A DNA stretch of 40,192 nt. It comes from Methanobrevibacter sp. Its GTDB lineage: Archaea; Methanobacteriota; Methanobacteria; Methanobacteriales; Methanobacteriaceae. Below the pieces are notes generated by a model. The model was not told the origin of the DNA, did no database searches, and saw only the letters and a program-made list of their open reading frames with translations. The first letter of the stretch is position 1. Every line of letters starts with the position of its first letter. This document shows positions 19,912 through 29,925 of the stretch, piece by piece. Where the stretch lies: NCBI GenBank assembly GCA_051876995.1, contig JBJEIL010000084.1:1-40192 (forward strand). Direction: 5' to 3'. Both the position numbers and the translations under genes were made by a program.

Positions 19912-21087
19912 CTAGAAGTGATGGAAGGAATCTCCAAAGAATCTTTCAACCTTCTTCATTTCTTTTGCAATATTTATTCCCTGAGGGCATAAGGTATTGC
20001 AATCTCCACATTGGGTACAGTTATGTGCAAGGGCACTATCTTCAAAATATGTAAAATACTGCATGGCAGATGCTTTAGGATTGTTTAGGATTTTTCCAAT
20101 ATTGTATTCTCTAAAACAATGGGGAATATTCACACCATTTGGACAAGGTAGGCAGTATCCACAGGAATTACAGTCATTACCCTTTTGAGTTTTATATAGG
20201 CTTGCAACATCCTTAATTAATTTCTTATCATTTTCAGAAATCATATTGGGTTTGGAACGTGATGCGATTTCAATATTTGTTTTAAGATGTTCTAATGAGT
20301 TCATACCACTCAATACACAATCAACATTTTCCATGTCCCAAAGATATTGGAATGCCCATTCAACAGGTGTTCTCTTCTCCTCGGCACTGTTCCATAATTT
20401 CATGATGTTTTCTGGAATGTTTTCAACTAGACGTCCTCCACGTAATGGTTCCATGATTTCGGTTCCAATATCCATCATTGATAAAAAGTCAAGTCCTTCA
20501 ATACCTGTTTGGTATGTTTCATCGAGATAATTCATTTGGGTTAAACCAATTTCCCACTTATCATAGTCGGTAGTTAAAATAAGTAGTGTTTCAAAGGTTC
20601 CATGTGTTGAAAAACCAACATGCTTTACTCTTCCGTCATTTAATACATCATCTAAAAACTCAATGACATTTGCATTCTTGTAGTTTTCCCAGTTTTCGTT
20701 ATTTACAGAATGTAATAGGTAATTGTCAATATGATCTGTTTTTAATCTTTTGAGCTGTTCATCTAAAATGTTATCCAAGTCCTCTCTAGAATGGATAAGC
20801 CATGAGGGACATTTGGTTTGAAGATAAACCTTATCCCTGTAACCGTTTTCAAGAAATTCTCCAACAAATGGTTCACTTGTACCTGGACCGCCATGAACCT
20901 CTTTTGAGTGAAAAGAGTATCCGGTATCAATAAGATTTATTCCATTATCTATACCATAACCTAAGAGTTCACTCGCTTTTTCCTTATCTATTTTACTATT
21001 GGAGTTATCTATGGTTGGAAGTCTCATAGTTCCTAATCCTAGAATTGATACTTTTTCATTAGTTTTTCCCAATTTCCTATATTCCAT
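19912..21087 (-). CDS. Aldo/keto reductase with C-terminal Fe-S domain
   Basis: YRKLGKT, LGLGTMRLP, IDTG, D.YLLH, GFSTH, MEPLRGG, then CxxCxxCxPCP and CxxCxxCxxxCP. Confidence 0.92.
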   Translation of the reverse strand: MEYRKLGKTNEKVSILGLGTMRLPTIDNSNSKIDKEKASELLGYGIDNGINLIDTGYSFHSKEVHGGPGTSEPFVGEFLENGYRDKVYLQTKCPSWLIHSREDLDNILDEQLKRLKTDHIDNYLLHSVNNENWENYKNANVIEFLDDVLNDGRVKHVGFSTHGTFETLLILTTDYDKWEIGLTQMNYLDETYQTGIEGLDFLSMMDIGTEIMEPLRGGRLVENIPENIMKLWNSAEEKRTPVEWAFQYLWDMENVDCVLSGMNSLEHLKTNIEIASRSKPNMISENDKKLIKDVASLYKTQKGNDCNSCGYCLPCPNGVNIPHCFREYNIGKILNNPKASAMQYFTYFEDSALAHNCTQCGDCNTLCPQGINIAKEMKKVERFFGDSFHHF

Positions 21088-21299
21088 TAAAGCACCTGAA
21101 GTTTAAAAAAATTCTTTTAAAAATAATATATGTATATATTAATTATTATTACTTTTCTTTAAAAAAATCTTTCCAAATTATTATTATTGGTCTAATGAAA
21201 TTTTTAATTTAGAATATATGTCTAAGTAAAATAGCTAATTTATAAAATCAATAAAATCTGTAAAAAATAGTTTAATGGTTTTTCCTGGGATAATTTATA

Positions 21300-21410
21300 T
21301 GCCGGGGGCGGGATTCGAACCCGCGGCCTCACGGTATCCCAGGAATTCAGTCAGAGCATAGCTAAAAAACCCTATGAGCCGTGCGCTCTAACCAGCTGAG
21401 CCACCCCGGC
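21300..21410 (-). tRNA. Elongator tRNA-Met (CAT) with a 37-nt intron (21336-21372) at position 37/38
   Basis: Minus strand: GCCGGGGTGGCTCAGCTGGTTAGAGCGCACGGCTCATA[GGGTTTTTTAGCTATGCTCTGACTGAATTCCTGGGAT]ACCGTGAGGCCGCGGGTTCGAATCCCGCCCCCGGCA. Canonical bulge-helix-bulge: CUCA/UGGG helix with UA|G and AU|A bulges. Lacks initiator features. Confidence 0.94.
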
Positions 21411-21858
21411 ATTATACCATGTATAATACTATTTAATTTAAGTTCTTAATAATATATATACTTTGTGGTATATGATATATTTTTTTTATAAAATTTTTCG
21501 ATTTATTATTTTTTAAATTCATTTGATCAGGTAATTCTAATATATTTCTATTTGGGCAAACCTTTTTTAAAACATTTTGTTTTTTTATCTAAATTGTTTA
21601 AATCCGAAACTTTTGGTTTTAATTGGAATCTAACCGTTGTTTAGGGTTTATAGGATAATCATTCTTTATTTGATTAATATGATCCTTATCATTATATGGT
21701 TTCTATACAATAATATTTAATATTATTAAAAGTTAAAAATAGTATTGTATAGATTTTCATTTGAAAATTATTTTTTTATTAGTTATATTGAAATAAAATA
21801 CTTTAATATACTGATCTTTAAATGATTTCTTTTTTAAAAACGATTATTTGTGATATAT

Positions 21859-23115
21859 ATGAGTAATGTAAAGGATATGTCTCTTGCAGATGGCGGAATA
21901 ATGAAAATTGAATGGGTTCAAAAACATATGCCTGTTCTTGAACATATTAAAAAGGTATTTGAAGAAGAAAAACCTTTTGAGGGAATTACTATCGGTTCAT
22001 GTTTACATTTGGAACCTAAAACAGTTAATTTAGGTTTAACATTACAAGCAGGTGGAGCTGAAGTAGCTATGACTGGTTGTAATCCTCTATCTACTCATGA
22101 TGATGCTGCAGCTGGTGCGGCGGCATTAGGTTTAAACATCTATGGTTGGAGAGGTCAAAGTGATGAGGAATATTATGAAGCTATTAATAATGTTCTAGAT
22201 CATAAACCTGATATTATAATTGATGATGGTGCAGATATGATTATGTACCTACATAGTAATAGACAAGAACTTTTGTCCCATATTAAAGGTGCTTGTGAAG
22301 AAACCACTACTGGTGTACATAGATTAAAAGCGATGGCTGATGATAATGCATTAAAATTCCCTGTTGTAGCGGTAAATGATGCTTATACCAAATATTTATT
22401 TGATAATAGGTATGGTACAGGACAATCTTCATTAGATGCGATTATGGGTACAACTAATATGTTAATTGCCGGTAAGAATTTCACAGTCTGTGGATATGGA
22501 TGGTGTGGCCGTGGTGTTGCAAGTAGAGCAAGAGGTTTAGGTGCAAATGTTATTGTAACTGAAGTAGATCCAATTAGAGCTTTAGAGGCTAGAATGGATG
22601 GTTACAGAGTAATGCCTATTAGGGAAGCTGTTAAAATCTCTGATATTATTATTACTGTTACTGGTAATATTAACATTATATCTGGTGATGATTTTAAATA
22701 TATGAAAGATGGATGTATGCTTTGTAATTCCGGTCACTTTAATGTTGAAATTAATAGGGATGATTTGGAAGCTCAAGCTGAATCTGTAAAAACTGTAAGG
22801 GAAAGTATTGAAATGTTTACAATGAAGGATGGAAGAAAAATCTATCTTTTAGCTGATGGAAGACTTGTAAATCTTGCAGCTGCAAGAGGCCAAGGACACC
22901 CTGCAGAGATTATGGATATGAGTTTTGCAGTTCAAGCTTTATCTGCCAAATATATTTTAGATCATGAGGGTAAAATGGATATTGGTGTTATGAAAGCACC
23001 GGATTCAATTGATGAGACTGTCGCAAGATTAAAACTAAAAGCTATGGGAATTGAAATTGATTCTTTCACAGACCGTCAAATTGAATATTTGTCCGACTGG
23101 CATGAAGGAACATAA
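21859..23115 (+). CDS. ahcY: S-adenosyl/S-inosyl-homocysteine hydrolase
   Basis: HLEPKT, CNPLST, DDGAD, EETTTG, K.LFDNRYGT, GYGWCGRG, GHF and GRLVNL...GHP. Start at ATG 21859. Confidence 0.97.
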   Translation: MSNVKDMSLADGGIMKIEWVQKHMPVLEHIKKVFEEEKPFEGITIGSCLHLEPKTVNLGLTLQAGGAEVAMTGCNPLSTHDDAAAGAAALGLNIYGWRGQSDEEYYEAINNVLDHKPDIIIDDGADMIMYLHSNRQELLSHIKGACEETTTGVHRLKAMADDNALKFPVVAVNDAYTKYLFDNRYGTGQSSLDAIMGTTNMLIAGKNFTVCGYGWCGRGVASRARGLGANVIVTEVDPIRALEARMDGYRVMPIREAVKISDIIITVTGNINIISGDDFKYMKDGCMLCNSGHFNVEINRDDLEAQAESVKTVRESIEMFTMKDGRKIYLLADGRLVNLAAARGQGHPAEIMDMSFAVQALSAKYILDHEGKMDIGVMKAPDSIDETVARLKLKAMGIEIDSFTDRQIEYLSDWHEGT

Positions 23116-23274
23116 TACTGTTTTTTAATCTTTTATTATTTTTTTTATTTTTTATTTATTCTATCGAATTTAATCTCTCTAAAATTAGTACTTTAATTTG
23201 AAAAGGTATTAAAGTTGGATTGATATTCTGGAGAACTTTACTATTTTATTTTAACAATTATTTCTTTGATTATT

Positions 23275-23931
23275 ATGGGGTATTTTAAACATATTGATAA
23301 TGGTGATGGACCTACTAAGCTATTTCTTGGGGGAGTTCATGGTAATGAAGGTAAAACTGCTATTAAGATGATTAATCGTCTTAAACGTGAAGATTTTGCC
23401 AGTGGTCAGATTTATATCTATAACTTTGATTCCTCACCCTATATTTCAACAGTAGATAAAAAATATTATGAATCTGAAATGGGTCAAAAGGTTATAGGCT
23501 TGATTAACCAGTATAAACCAGATTTTTATACGGAGCTTCACTGTTATAATATAGAGCATTTTAAAAATCTTACAAGTATGTCAAGATTTGAATCTCAAGG
23601 TGTTCCGCCATTAATTGATTGTGGAGAATATGTTCTAGTTAGTTCTGTTTCCCCATTAATTAGAATTAAATATTTTACTAAAGAAACTATATGCAAAACA
23701 TTAGAGATTCCTTGCCTACATGATAAGAAAAAATTGGACAATGCAATTGAAAACTATGGATTCAATCCAGATAAATCTATTGGCAGATATATGGATTTAT
23801 TGTATCTTATTACACAATCTGTATCACGTAAGGATTTTACAGAAAGAATATCAAAATATTATCCTACTCAGGTTGATCTTGCAAGGGAATATGTTAAAAA
23901 GATTTTTGGAGAATTCTTCCCTCCATTTTAA
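23275..23931 (+). CDS. Methanogen-type conserved protein (DUF2119-like; M14 metallopeptidase-like fold)
   Basis: GGVHGNEG (HxxE) and ELHCY putative Zn ligands. Family name is from recall. Start at ATG 23275. Confidence 0.7.
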   Translation: MGYFKHIDNGDGPTKLFLGGVHGNEGKTAIKMINRLKREDFASGQIYIYNFDSSPYISTVDKKYYESEMGQKVIGLINQYKPDFYTELHCYNIEHFKNLTSMSRFESQGVPPLIDCGEYVLVSSVSPLIRIKYFTKETICKTLEIPCLHDKKKLDNAIENYGFNPDKSIGRYMDLLYLITQSVSRKDFTERISKYYPTQVDLAREYVKKIFGEFFPPF

Positions 23932-24192
23932 ATATTTTATAAACTTTTTTTTATTTTATAATTGATTAAAATTTTTAAAAATTTCTAAAAAAAGATATTT
24001 GTTTCTGATTTTATATTTTAAGTATTTTCAATTCTGAAAACTCATTTTTTGATTAAAATATCAATCATTTTAAGGGATTTTTTAAAGATTCCTGTGTCTA
24101 ATTCTTTTATAGATTTAAAAGTTTATCATGTTTAAATCAATACTGTTTTAATAAACTGTAATCTATATATATTATAAATACAAAAATTATAC

Positions 24193-24208
24193 CGGAAGTT
24201 ATATTCCG
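24193..24208. promoter_or_regulatory. NrpR operator upstream of the PII pair
   Basis: C-GGAA-GTTATA-TTCC-G, about 22 nt downstream of TATATATA (24164-24171) and about 60 nt upstream of the start codon. Confidence 0.9.
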
Positions 24209-24269
24209 ACTATTCATTAAAATAGAAATTATATTTATTTGTTATTAAAAAGCAGATTAAGTGATGTAA

Positions 24270-24587
24270 ATGCAGATGATAAGAGCAATTATTAGACCTG
24301 AGAAGGTTGATGATGTAATTATTGCATTGGATGATGAACAATTCCATTCAGTTACAGTAATGGATGCAGAAGGTCGTGGAATTCAGAAAGGATTAAATAA
24401 AGGTGATGAACACTTTGATCAGTTGCCTAAAAAACTTTTAATATTGGTGGTTGAAGATGAGGATGTGGACTTTGTAGTTGATTTAATCTCTGAGGAAGCT
24501 TTTACCGGTAATCCTGGTGATGGTAAAATATTTGTTAGTCCTGTTTTAGAGGCTTATACAATTAGAACAAGAAGTCAAGGATTATAA
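24270..24587 (+). CDS. nifI1: PII family nitrogen regulatory protein, NifI1-type
   Basis: M.MIRAIIRPEK, short T-loop GRG.QKG......FD.LPK, TG..GDGKIFVSPV.EAYTIRTRS.GL C-terminus and a 105-aa length, all characteristic of NifI1. Confidence 0.8.
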   Translation: MQMIRAIIRPEKVDDVIIALDDEQFHSVTVMDAEGRGIQKGLNKGDEHFDQLPKKLLILVVEDEDVDFVVDLISEEAFTGNPGDGKIFVSPVLEAYTIRTRSQGL

Positions 24588-24601
24588 AAGAGGTTTTTAT
24601 A

Positions 24602-24931
24602 ATGAAAGAAATCATGGCTTTTATTAGAGATAAAAAATATGAAAGAACTAAAGAGGTCTTAACTCTTTTAGGTTTTCCGGGAATGACTGTCGTTCCGGTT
24701 TTAGGAAGAGGTAGAAAAATTCAAAACAATAAATTAAAAACCGATGATTTTGCGGTTATTCCTAAAAAATTGATTTCAGTTGTTGTTCCTGATGAGGATG
24801 TAAATCTAATAGTTGAGGTAATTATGAAAATCAATTCTACCGGACGTTATGGTGACGGTAAAATATTCATATGTCCTATAACACAATCTATCAGATTAAG
24901 AACAGATGAAACAGGAGATGCTGTTTTATAA
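24602..24931 (+). CDS. nifI2: PII family nitrogen regulatory protein, NifI2-type (short T-loop)
   Basis: MKEIMA.IR, TK.VL..LGFP.MT...VLGRG, IPK...VVPDEDV.LIVE.IMK.N.TG.YGDGKIFICPI and R.RT.E.G..V. Lies directly after nifI1 with a GAGGT RBS. Confidence 0.8.
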   Translation: MKEIMAFIRDKKYERTKEVLTLLGFPGMTVVPVLGRGRKIQNNKLKTDDFAVIPKKLISVVVPDEDVNLIVEVIMKINSTGRYGDGKIFICPITQSIRLRTDETGDAVL

Positions 24932-25002
24932 TCTTTTTTCATTTATTTTTAGATTTATAAAAAAATTAGTTTTTAAGCTTTATAAGAAAAATAATTTTAA
25001 AT

Positions 25003-25986
25003 TTAGAAAAAATCTTCTAAACTTTTTTGTGAACTGTTAAGGTTCTTGATTTTACTTGCGCTATTTAAAACTCTGTCCTTTGAAAAACCATGTTCCTCAC
25101 ATAAGAACTCTACAATACCTTCACGGTCCGGTTCTTTAAACTTAATGGTATAATCCTCATTTACTCTAGGGTTTAGGAAAATATTTCTTAAAATATCTAT
25201 GTCTATCTTAGGCTCTGTATCTAAGTCTTCTAGAACATTTTCCAGATTATTACCATTTAATAGTTTCATACCTCTTTTAACACCAATACCATGAACTCCA
25301 TCATTAAAATCGGTACCTACAAGAAGTGCAAGATCAATTAGTTGTTCCCTTGAAAAATCAAGATTTGATAGAACCTTGTTTAATTCCATATATTCAAGAT
25401 TTGAAAGTCCTCCACTTAAGGTAAGATTTCTTATAATTCTTGGGGAACCAAATAATAAACAATCATAATCCTGTGATGCGACGGCCCATGCATCTTTTTT
25501 CTGAACCATATAGGATGCCTGTGCTTCACCTTCACCAAGTGCCTGAACATAAGGTATTCCCATTAAATCAAGTAAATATTTGGAACTTTCAACTACATAT
25601 GGTGTAATGTGTGTTGTACGCATTGCATATTTACGTGCTAATTCCTCATTACCTTCTTTAATGGCTTTCTCCCATTCCTCTTTTGATTTTATTTTAGCTT
25701 CTTTACGTTTAGCTATTGTGTCGGATTTATATTCTGAAGGTTTTCCATCAAAAACATAAATAGGTTTTATTCCACGTTCAACAATAGATGATGTTCTATA
25801 TAAAAGACCACTTAAATGGGAAGTTACATTACCATTAGCATCTTTAAGAGGCGTTCCATCTCTTTGACGAATTCCTGATAAAAATTGATAAATTGTATTA
25901 AAAGCATCAATAGCTATTGTTCTTCCTTCTAAATCTTTTAAATTAATTTTTTCTGGAGAAGCAATATCTTTAAACTTCACTCCCAT
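25003..25986 (-). CDS. fen: Flap endonuclease 1
   Basis: MGV, IDA.N..YQFL..IRQ.DG.PL, VFDG, EGEAQ, SQDYD, GTDFN and C-terminal PIP box QKSLEDFF. Confidence 0.98.
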   Translation of the reverse strand: MGVKFKDIASPEKINLKDLEGRTIAIDAFNTIYQFLSGIRQRDGTPLKDANGNVTSHLSGLLYRTSSIVERGIKPIYVFDGKPSEYKSDTIAKRKEAKIKSKEEWEKAIKEGNEELARKYAMRTTHITPYVVESSKYLLDLMGIPYVQALGEGEAQASYMVQKKDAWAVASQDYDCLLFGSPRIIRNLTLSGGLSNLEYMELNKVLSNLDFSREQLIDLALLVGTDFNDGVHGIGVKRGMKLLNGNNLENVLEDLDTEPKIDIDILRNIFLNPRVNEDYTIKFKEPDREGIVEFLCEEHGFSKDRVLNSASKIKNLNSSQKSLEDFF

Positions 25987-26232
25987 TGTTTCACCTTCAT
26001 TGTTTTTTTTTTTCTATAAATTAACGGGGTTTTTTTTATTAATCTGATTTTTTAATTAATCTGGACTCTTTAAATTAATTAGATTTATGATGTTCCAGTT
26101 AATCTAAATGATTTTAATCTTATCTTTATTATTTAAATCAACTGTTTTTTTAAATTTATCTGTTGATTTGAATTAATTGTTTTTTCATATTCTTTTATTT
26201 TTTTTTAAATTTATTTTATGTATTGTTTTTGT

Positions 26233-26802
26233 TTAATCTAGATACTCTCTAAAATAACTTGCTGGAAACATTTCCTGAATCCACATGATTTTCTCATTAT
26301 TGTGTATAATGTCATAGTTTCTTGATAGGAAATCTTTATCTGTCTTATATATTTCTTCAAGTTCTGGCTCTGATTTTATTACTTCAATGTCTCCAATTTC
26401 TCTTCTTGTCTCAAGTTTATAATTTTTTAGGATTCTTCCAATTGGAATGTCTTCTGTCATTAATGAATCTTTAATTTCTTTGTTTATTCTAGATAAAGGA
26501 ATATAACTTTTTGCAAATATTAGCGGTTTATCGTCTTTATGCATTATTATGGTTCTGTTATTTACCTCTTCACTTTCATTAATATTGAAGTGATTTGAAA
26601 CTTCCCTATTTGCCTTTTCAACATGCTGGTTAATGGTTTTTAGAGTAATTTTATTATATAATACATCTAAAATTGCAGTAATTGATCCGTCAGTTGTAAG
26701 AAGTATCTTCTGTGTGTTGGATAACTTTATGTTATTTTTATTTTCCAGGTAGTTTATTCTATCAATTAAACATTTATTGATGTTATTCTCTTCTTTAATC
26801 AT
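26233..26802 (-). CDS. Chorismate pyruvate-lyase-like (UbiC/DUF98) protein
   Basis: LL.TDGS.T..L, A.S.IP, D.PIG.IL....LETRRE, R.Y.I and I.E.FP motifs. Confidence 0.82.
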   Translation of the reverse strand: MIKEENNINKCLIDRINYLENKNNIKLSNTQKILLTTDGSITAILDVLYNKITLKTINQHVEKANREVSNHFNINESEEVNNRTIIMHKDDKPLIFAKSYIPLSRINKEIKDSLMTEDIPIGRILKNYKLETRREIGDIEVIKSEPELEEIYKTDKDFLSRNYDIIHNNEKIMWIQEMFPASYFREYLD

Positions 26803-26857
26803 AATGTCCCTTTAAAAATAGTTTCTTTAAAAAAATATAAAAAATAAGTAAAAAAAG

Positions 26858-28105
26858 TTAATTTTCTGGTTTTGCAATAAATCCTTTTATTGCGGAAGCT
26901 GCAACTACTTTGGAATTTGCAAGATAAACTGAAGATTTGGGATCCCCCATTCTACCTTTGAAGTTTCTGTTTGTAGTTGATATGGCTGTTTCACCTTCGG
27001 ATAAAACACCCATATGTGCTCCTAGACATGGTCCGCATCCAGGATTACATACTATTGCACCAGATTCCATGAATGTTTTTATATATCCCTTATCTAGGGC
27101 TTGAAGATATATTTCACGTGATGCTGGAAGAACTATTAATCTAACGTCCTCATGGATCTTTTCCCCGTCAAGAACTTCTGCAGCATTTTTTAAATCAATT
27201 AATCTTCCATTGGTACAAGAACCAATTACTCCCTGGTCGATAGATGTTCCCTCAACCTTGCTAATTGGTTTTACATTATCCACATCATTTGGACATGCAA
27301 TTTGTTCTTCCATATTGTTTATATCGAAATAATATTCTTTACTATAAACTGAGTCCTTATCAGATTTTTTGATATTTAACTGATTTCTGCTTTTTCCGGT
27401 TCTTTTACATACATAATCTATGGTAGCATCATTAGGTTCCATTATACCATTCTTAGCACCCATCTCAATAGCCATGTTTGTCATAGTCATTCTACTTGCT
27501 ACATCGAGATTATCAATGGTCTTACCACAGAACTCCGCACTTTGATAGGTGGCTCCTGCAATTCCAATCTTTCCAATTATATTTAGAATGATATCCTTGG
27601 AGGTTAAGTTACCTAACTTACCTTCGACTTGGATTTTTATAGCTTCCGGAACCTTGAACCATGTTTTACCAGTCGCATAAACCATGGCAATATCTGTTGC
27701 ACCCATTCCTGTGGAAAATGCTCCAAATGCACCATAAGTACATGTATGTGAATCCGCACCAACTATAACTTTTCCAGGTTCTACTAAACCCTTTTCCGGA
27801 AGTACTTGGTGGCAAATACCTTCACCATTAATGTAATGGTGGATAATGCCCTGTTTTTTAATAAAGTTTCTTGCAACTTTCTGAAATTCTGCAGATCCAA
27901 TTGTATTTGCAGGTACATTATGATCAAACACTATAGCTATCTTCTCAGAATCCCATACCTTATCTGCTATTTTTTCAAATGTTTTAATGGCAGGTGGTGA
28001 TGTACCGTCATGTGACATCACAAGGTCAACATTTGCCTCAATAATTTCACCAGGACTAACGTCATAACCTACTTTTTCTGATAAAATCTTTTCTGTAATA
28101 TTCAT
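26858..28105 (-). CDS. hacA: Homoaconitase / isopropylmalate dehydratase family, large subunit
   Basis: FDH, GICHQ, GADSHTCT.GA, GSCTNGR, CGPCLG and TTNRNF.GRMG. HacA/AksD is preferred over LeuC because it is adjacent to aksA. Confidence 0.85.
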   Translation of the reverse strand: MNITEKILSEKVGYDVSPGEIIEANVDLVMSHDGTSPPAIKTFEKIADKVWDSEKIAIVFDHNVPANTIGSAEFQKVARNFIKKQGIIHHYINGEGICHQVLPEKGLVEPGKVIVGADSHTCTYGAFGAFSTGMGATDIAMVYATGKTWFKVPEAIKIQVEGKLGNLTSKDIILNIIGKIGIAGATYQSAEFCGKTIDNLDVASRMTMTNMAIEMGAKNGIMEPNDATIDYVCKRTGKSRNQLNIKKSDKDSVYSKEYYFDINNMEEQIACPNDVDNVKPISKVEGTSIDQGVIGSCTNGRLIDLKNAAEVLDGEKIHEDVRLIVLPASREIYLQALDKGYIKTFMESGAIVCNPGCGPCLGAHMGVLSEGETAISTTNRNFKGRMGDPKSSVYLANSKVVAASAIKGFIAKPEN

Positions 28106-28542
28106 TTTTACACTTTAAAATTGTATTTTAATCTATTATATAATATTTTTATAAAATATTAAAATAGTTTTTTATTTTAATTGTATCTTTATTAGAAAAT
28201 TTTTTCTAGATAAAATTCCGTTTAATTTAAAAACTCTTTTAATATTTAATTTAAATTTAAAATCAGATTTTTTTAGGAGTATTGTAGAATAGGATTAATC
28301 GTTTTAGATATTAAAGATCATACTGTTTTATTTTTTCTTTTAAACTTATAATCTCTTTAAATCTATTATAAAAAAAGGTTAAATCATTTTAGATATTAAA
28401 TTAACGATTAAATATTATATGATTCTATTTTTAAAGTTGAATTTAAAATTTTTTTTAATTCTATAAGAATGATTTCTAAAAACTATATGAAAATTAGCTG
28501 TTTATTAAAGGATTAAAAATAATAAAAAAATTAAGGGTGGAT

Positions 28543-29715
28543 TTATAAATCAGCAAGGTTTACATTTTTGACAATTTCCTTAAAGACGTCATCATTGATG
28601 TATGTACCTTTCTCTCTTGTTTGTTTAACTTGTTTTACAATTTCACAAAGTTGGTCATTGGTTACTTTATAACCACATGCATCAAGTTTTGCTTTAACTG
28701 CTCTACAACCTGAATGTTTACCTAAAACTAATTGTCTTTTTTGACCTACAAGTTCTGGCACATAAGGTTCATAGGTTAATGGTTCCTCAATAACTGCATC
28801 TACATGAATACCTGATTCATGTCTAAATATGTTTTTACCTACTATCGGTTTATTATAAGGAACTGGTAAGCCTGTAGCTTTGGATACAAGTTCTGAAATT
28901 TCTTTAATTTTTTTAGTTTTAAATCCTAAGTCCTTTCCATATAATAATTTAAGGGCCATTACTAATTCTTCAAGTGAAGCATTTCCTGCTCTTTCACCAA
29001 TACCATTGATGGTTACTGAAACTGCACTGGCACCTGCTTGAAGTCCTGCAATTGAATTTGCAACAGCAAGTCCAAAATCATTATGGCAGTGCATAGCAAT
29101 ATCTGTGTTAATCTCTTTTTTAAGTTCTGATACAAGGTAAGTAATTCCTTGAGGATTTGCAGCGCCAACGGTATCTGCTACATGTACCCTATCAACACCG
29201 TATCCCTCAGCTTTTTTATACATTCTTTTTAGGAAATCTAAATCTGCCCTTGTCGCATCTTCTGCAGAGAAAGCAACAAATAATCCATGATCTTTAGCAT
29301 ACTCAATAGATTTCATGCAGATGTTCAATGCCTGTTCTCTTGTAAAGTGTAATTTATGTTCAAGGTGTAAATCAGAAGCTCCCATAAAAGTAATTACTCC
29401 GTCAACATCAGCATCTAATGCCGCATCAATATCTTCCAATTTTGTTCTAGCTAAACATATGACCTGTGCATCTAATCCTTCATTAGCTATTGTTTTAACA
29501 GTATCCTGTTCTGTTGAAGATACCCTTGGGAATCCTGCTTCTATCTGTGGTACTTTAAGTTCATCTAATTTTTTAGCAATTTCTATTTTTTCATCTTTAG
29601 AGAAAGCTACACCGGGAGTTTGTTCTCCGTCTCTTAAAGTAGTGTCATATACAGTTATATCTTTAGGAAATGTGTATTTAACCTCTTTATTGTAAGGACT
29701 AACATAGTATTGCAA
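28543..29715 (-). CDS. aksA: Homocitrate synthase AksA (coenzyme B 2-oxoacid elongation)
   Basis: YDTTLRDGEQ, HCHNDFG, NGIGERAGNA, HESGIH and GKHSG. Lacks the LeuA regulatory domain. Probable TTG start at 29715 after a GGAGTGA RBS. Confidence 0.85.
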   Translation of the reverse strand: MQYYVSPYNKEVKYTFPKDITVYDTTLRDGEQTPGVAFSKDEKIEIAKKLDELKVPQIEAGFPRVSSTEQDTVKTIANEGLDAQVICLARTKLEDIDAALDADVDGVITFMGASDLHLEHKLHFTREQALNICMKSIEYAKDHGLFVAFSAEDATRADLDFLKRMYKKAEGYGVDRVHVADTVGAANPQGITYLVSELKKEINTDIAMHCHNDFGLAVANSIAGLQAGASAVSVTINGIGERAGNASLEELVMALKLLYGKDLGFKTKKIKEISELVSKATGLPVPYNKPIVGKNIFRHESGIHVDAVIEEPLTYEPYVPELVGQKRQLVLGKHSGCRAVKAKLDACGYKVTNDQLCEIVKQVKQTREKGTYINDDVFKEIVKNVNLADL

Positions 29716-29925
29716 AAATATCACTCCTATTATATTATGATTGTTATTAATTAAATTTGATATGTATTTTTTTATTAAATCAATAATTATTTTATTATTT
29801 TGTAAAATTAGTAATAATTACAAATTTAAATTAAATTAAAAATTTATGTTATTTAATTTGTAAGTCTGTATATTTAAATATTAATCAATTTAAATTTTTA
29901 AATATGTTTTTTTAAAAAAGAGCTT

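Noticed and set aside
21336-21372. CUGA motifs in the tRNA-Met intron as a possible C/D guide RNA
   Set aside because: There is no RUGAUGA C box and the intron is too short (37 nt).
21520-21720. Slightly GC-richer patch upstream of ahcY (riboswitch or pseudogene?)
   Set aside because: No recognisable SAM/SAH riboswitch motif. The minus-strand frames I read are short, interrupted and without recognisable similarity.
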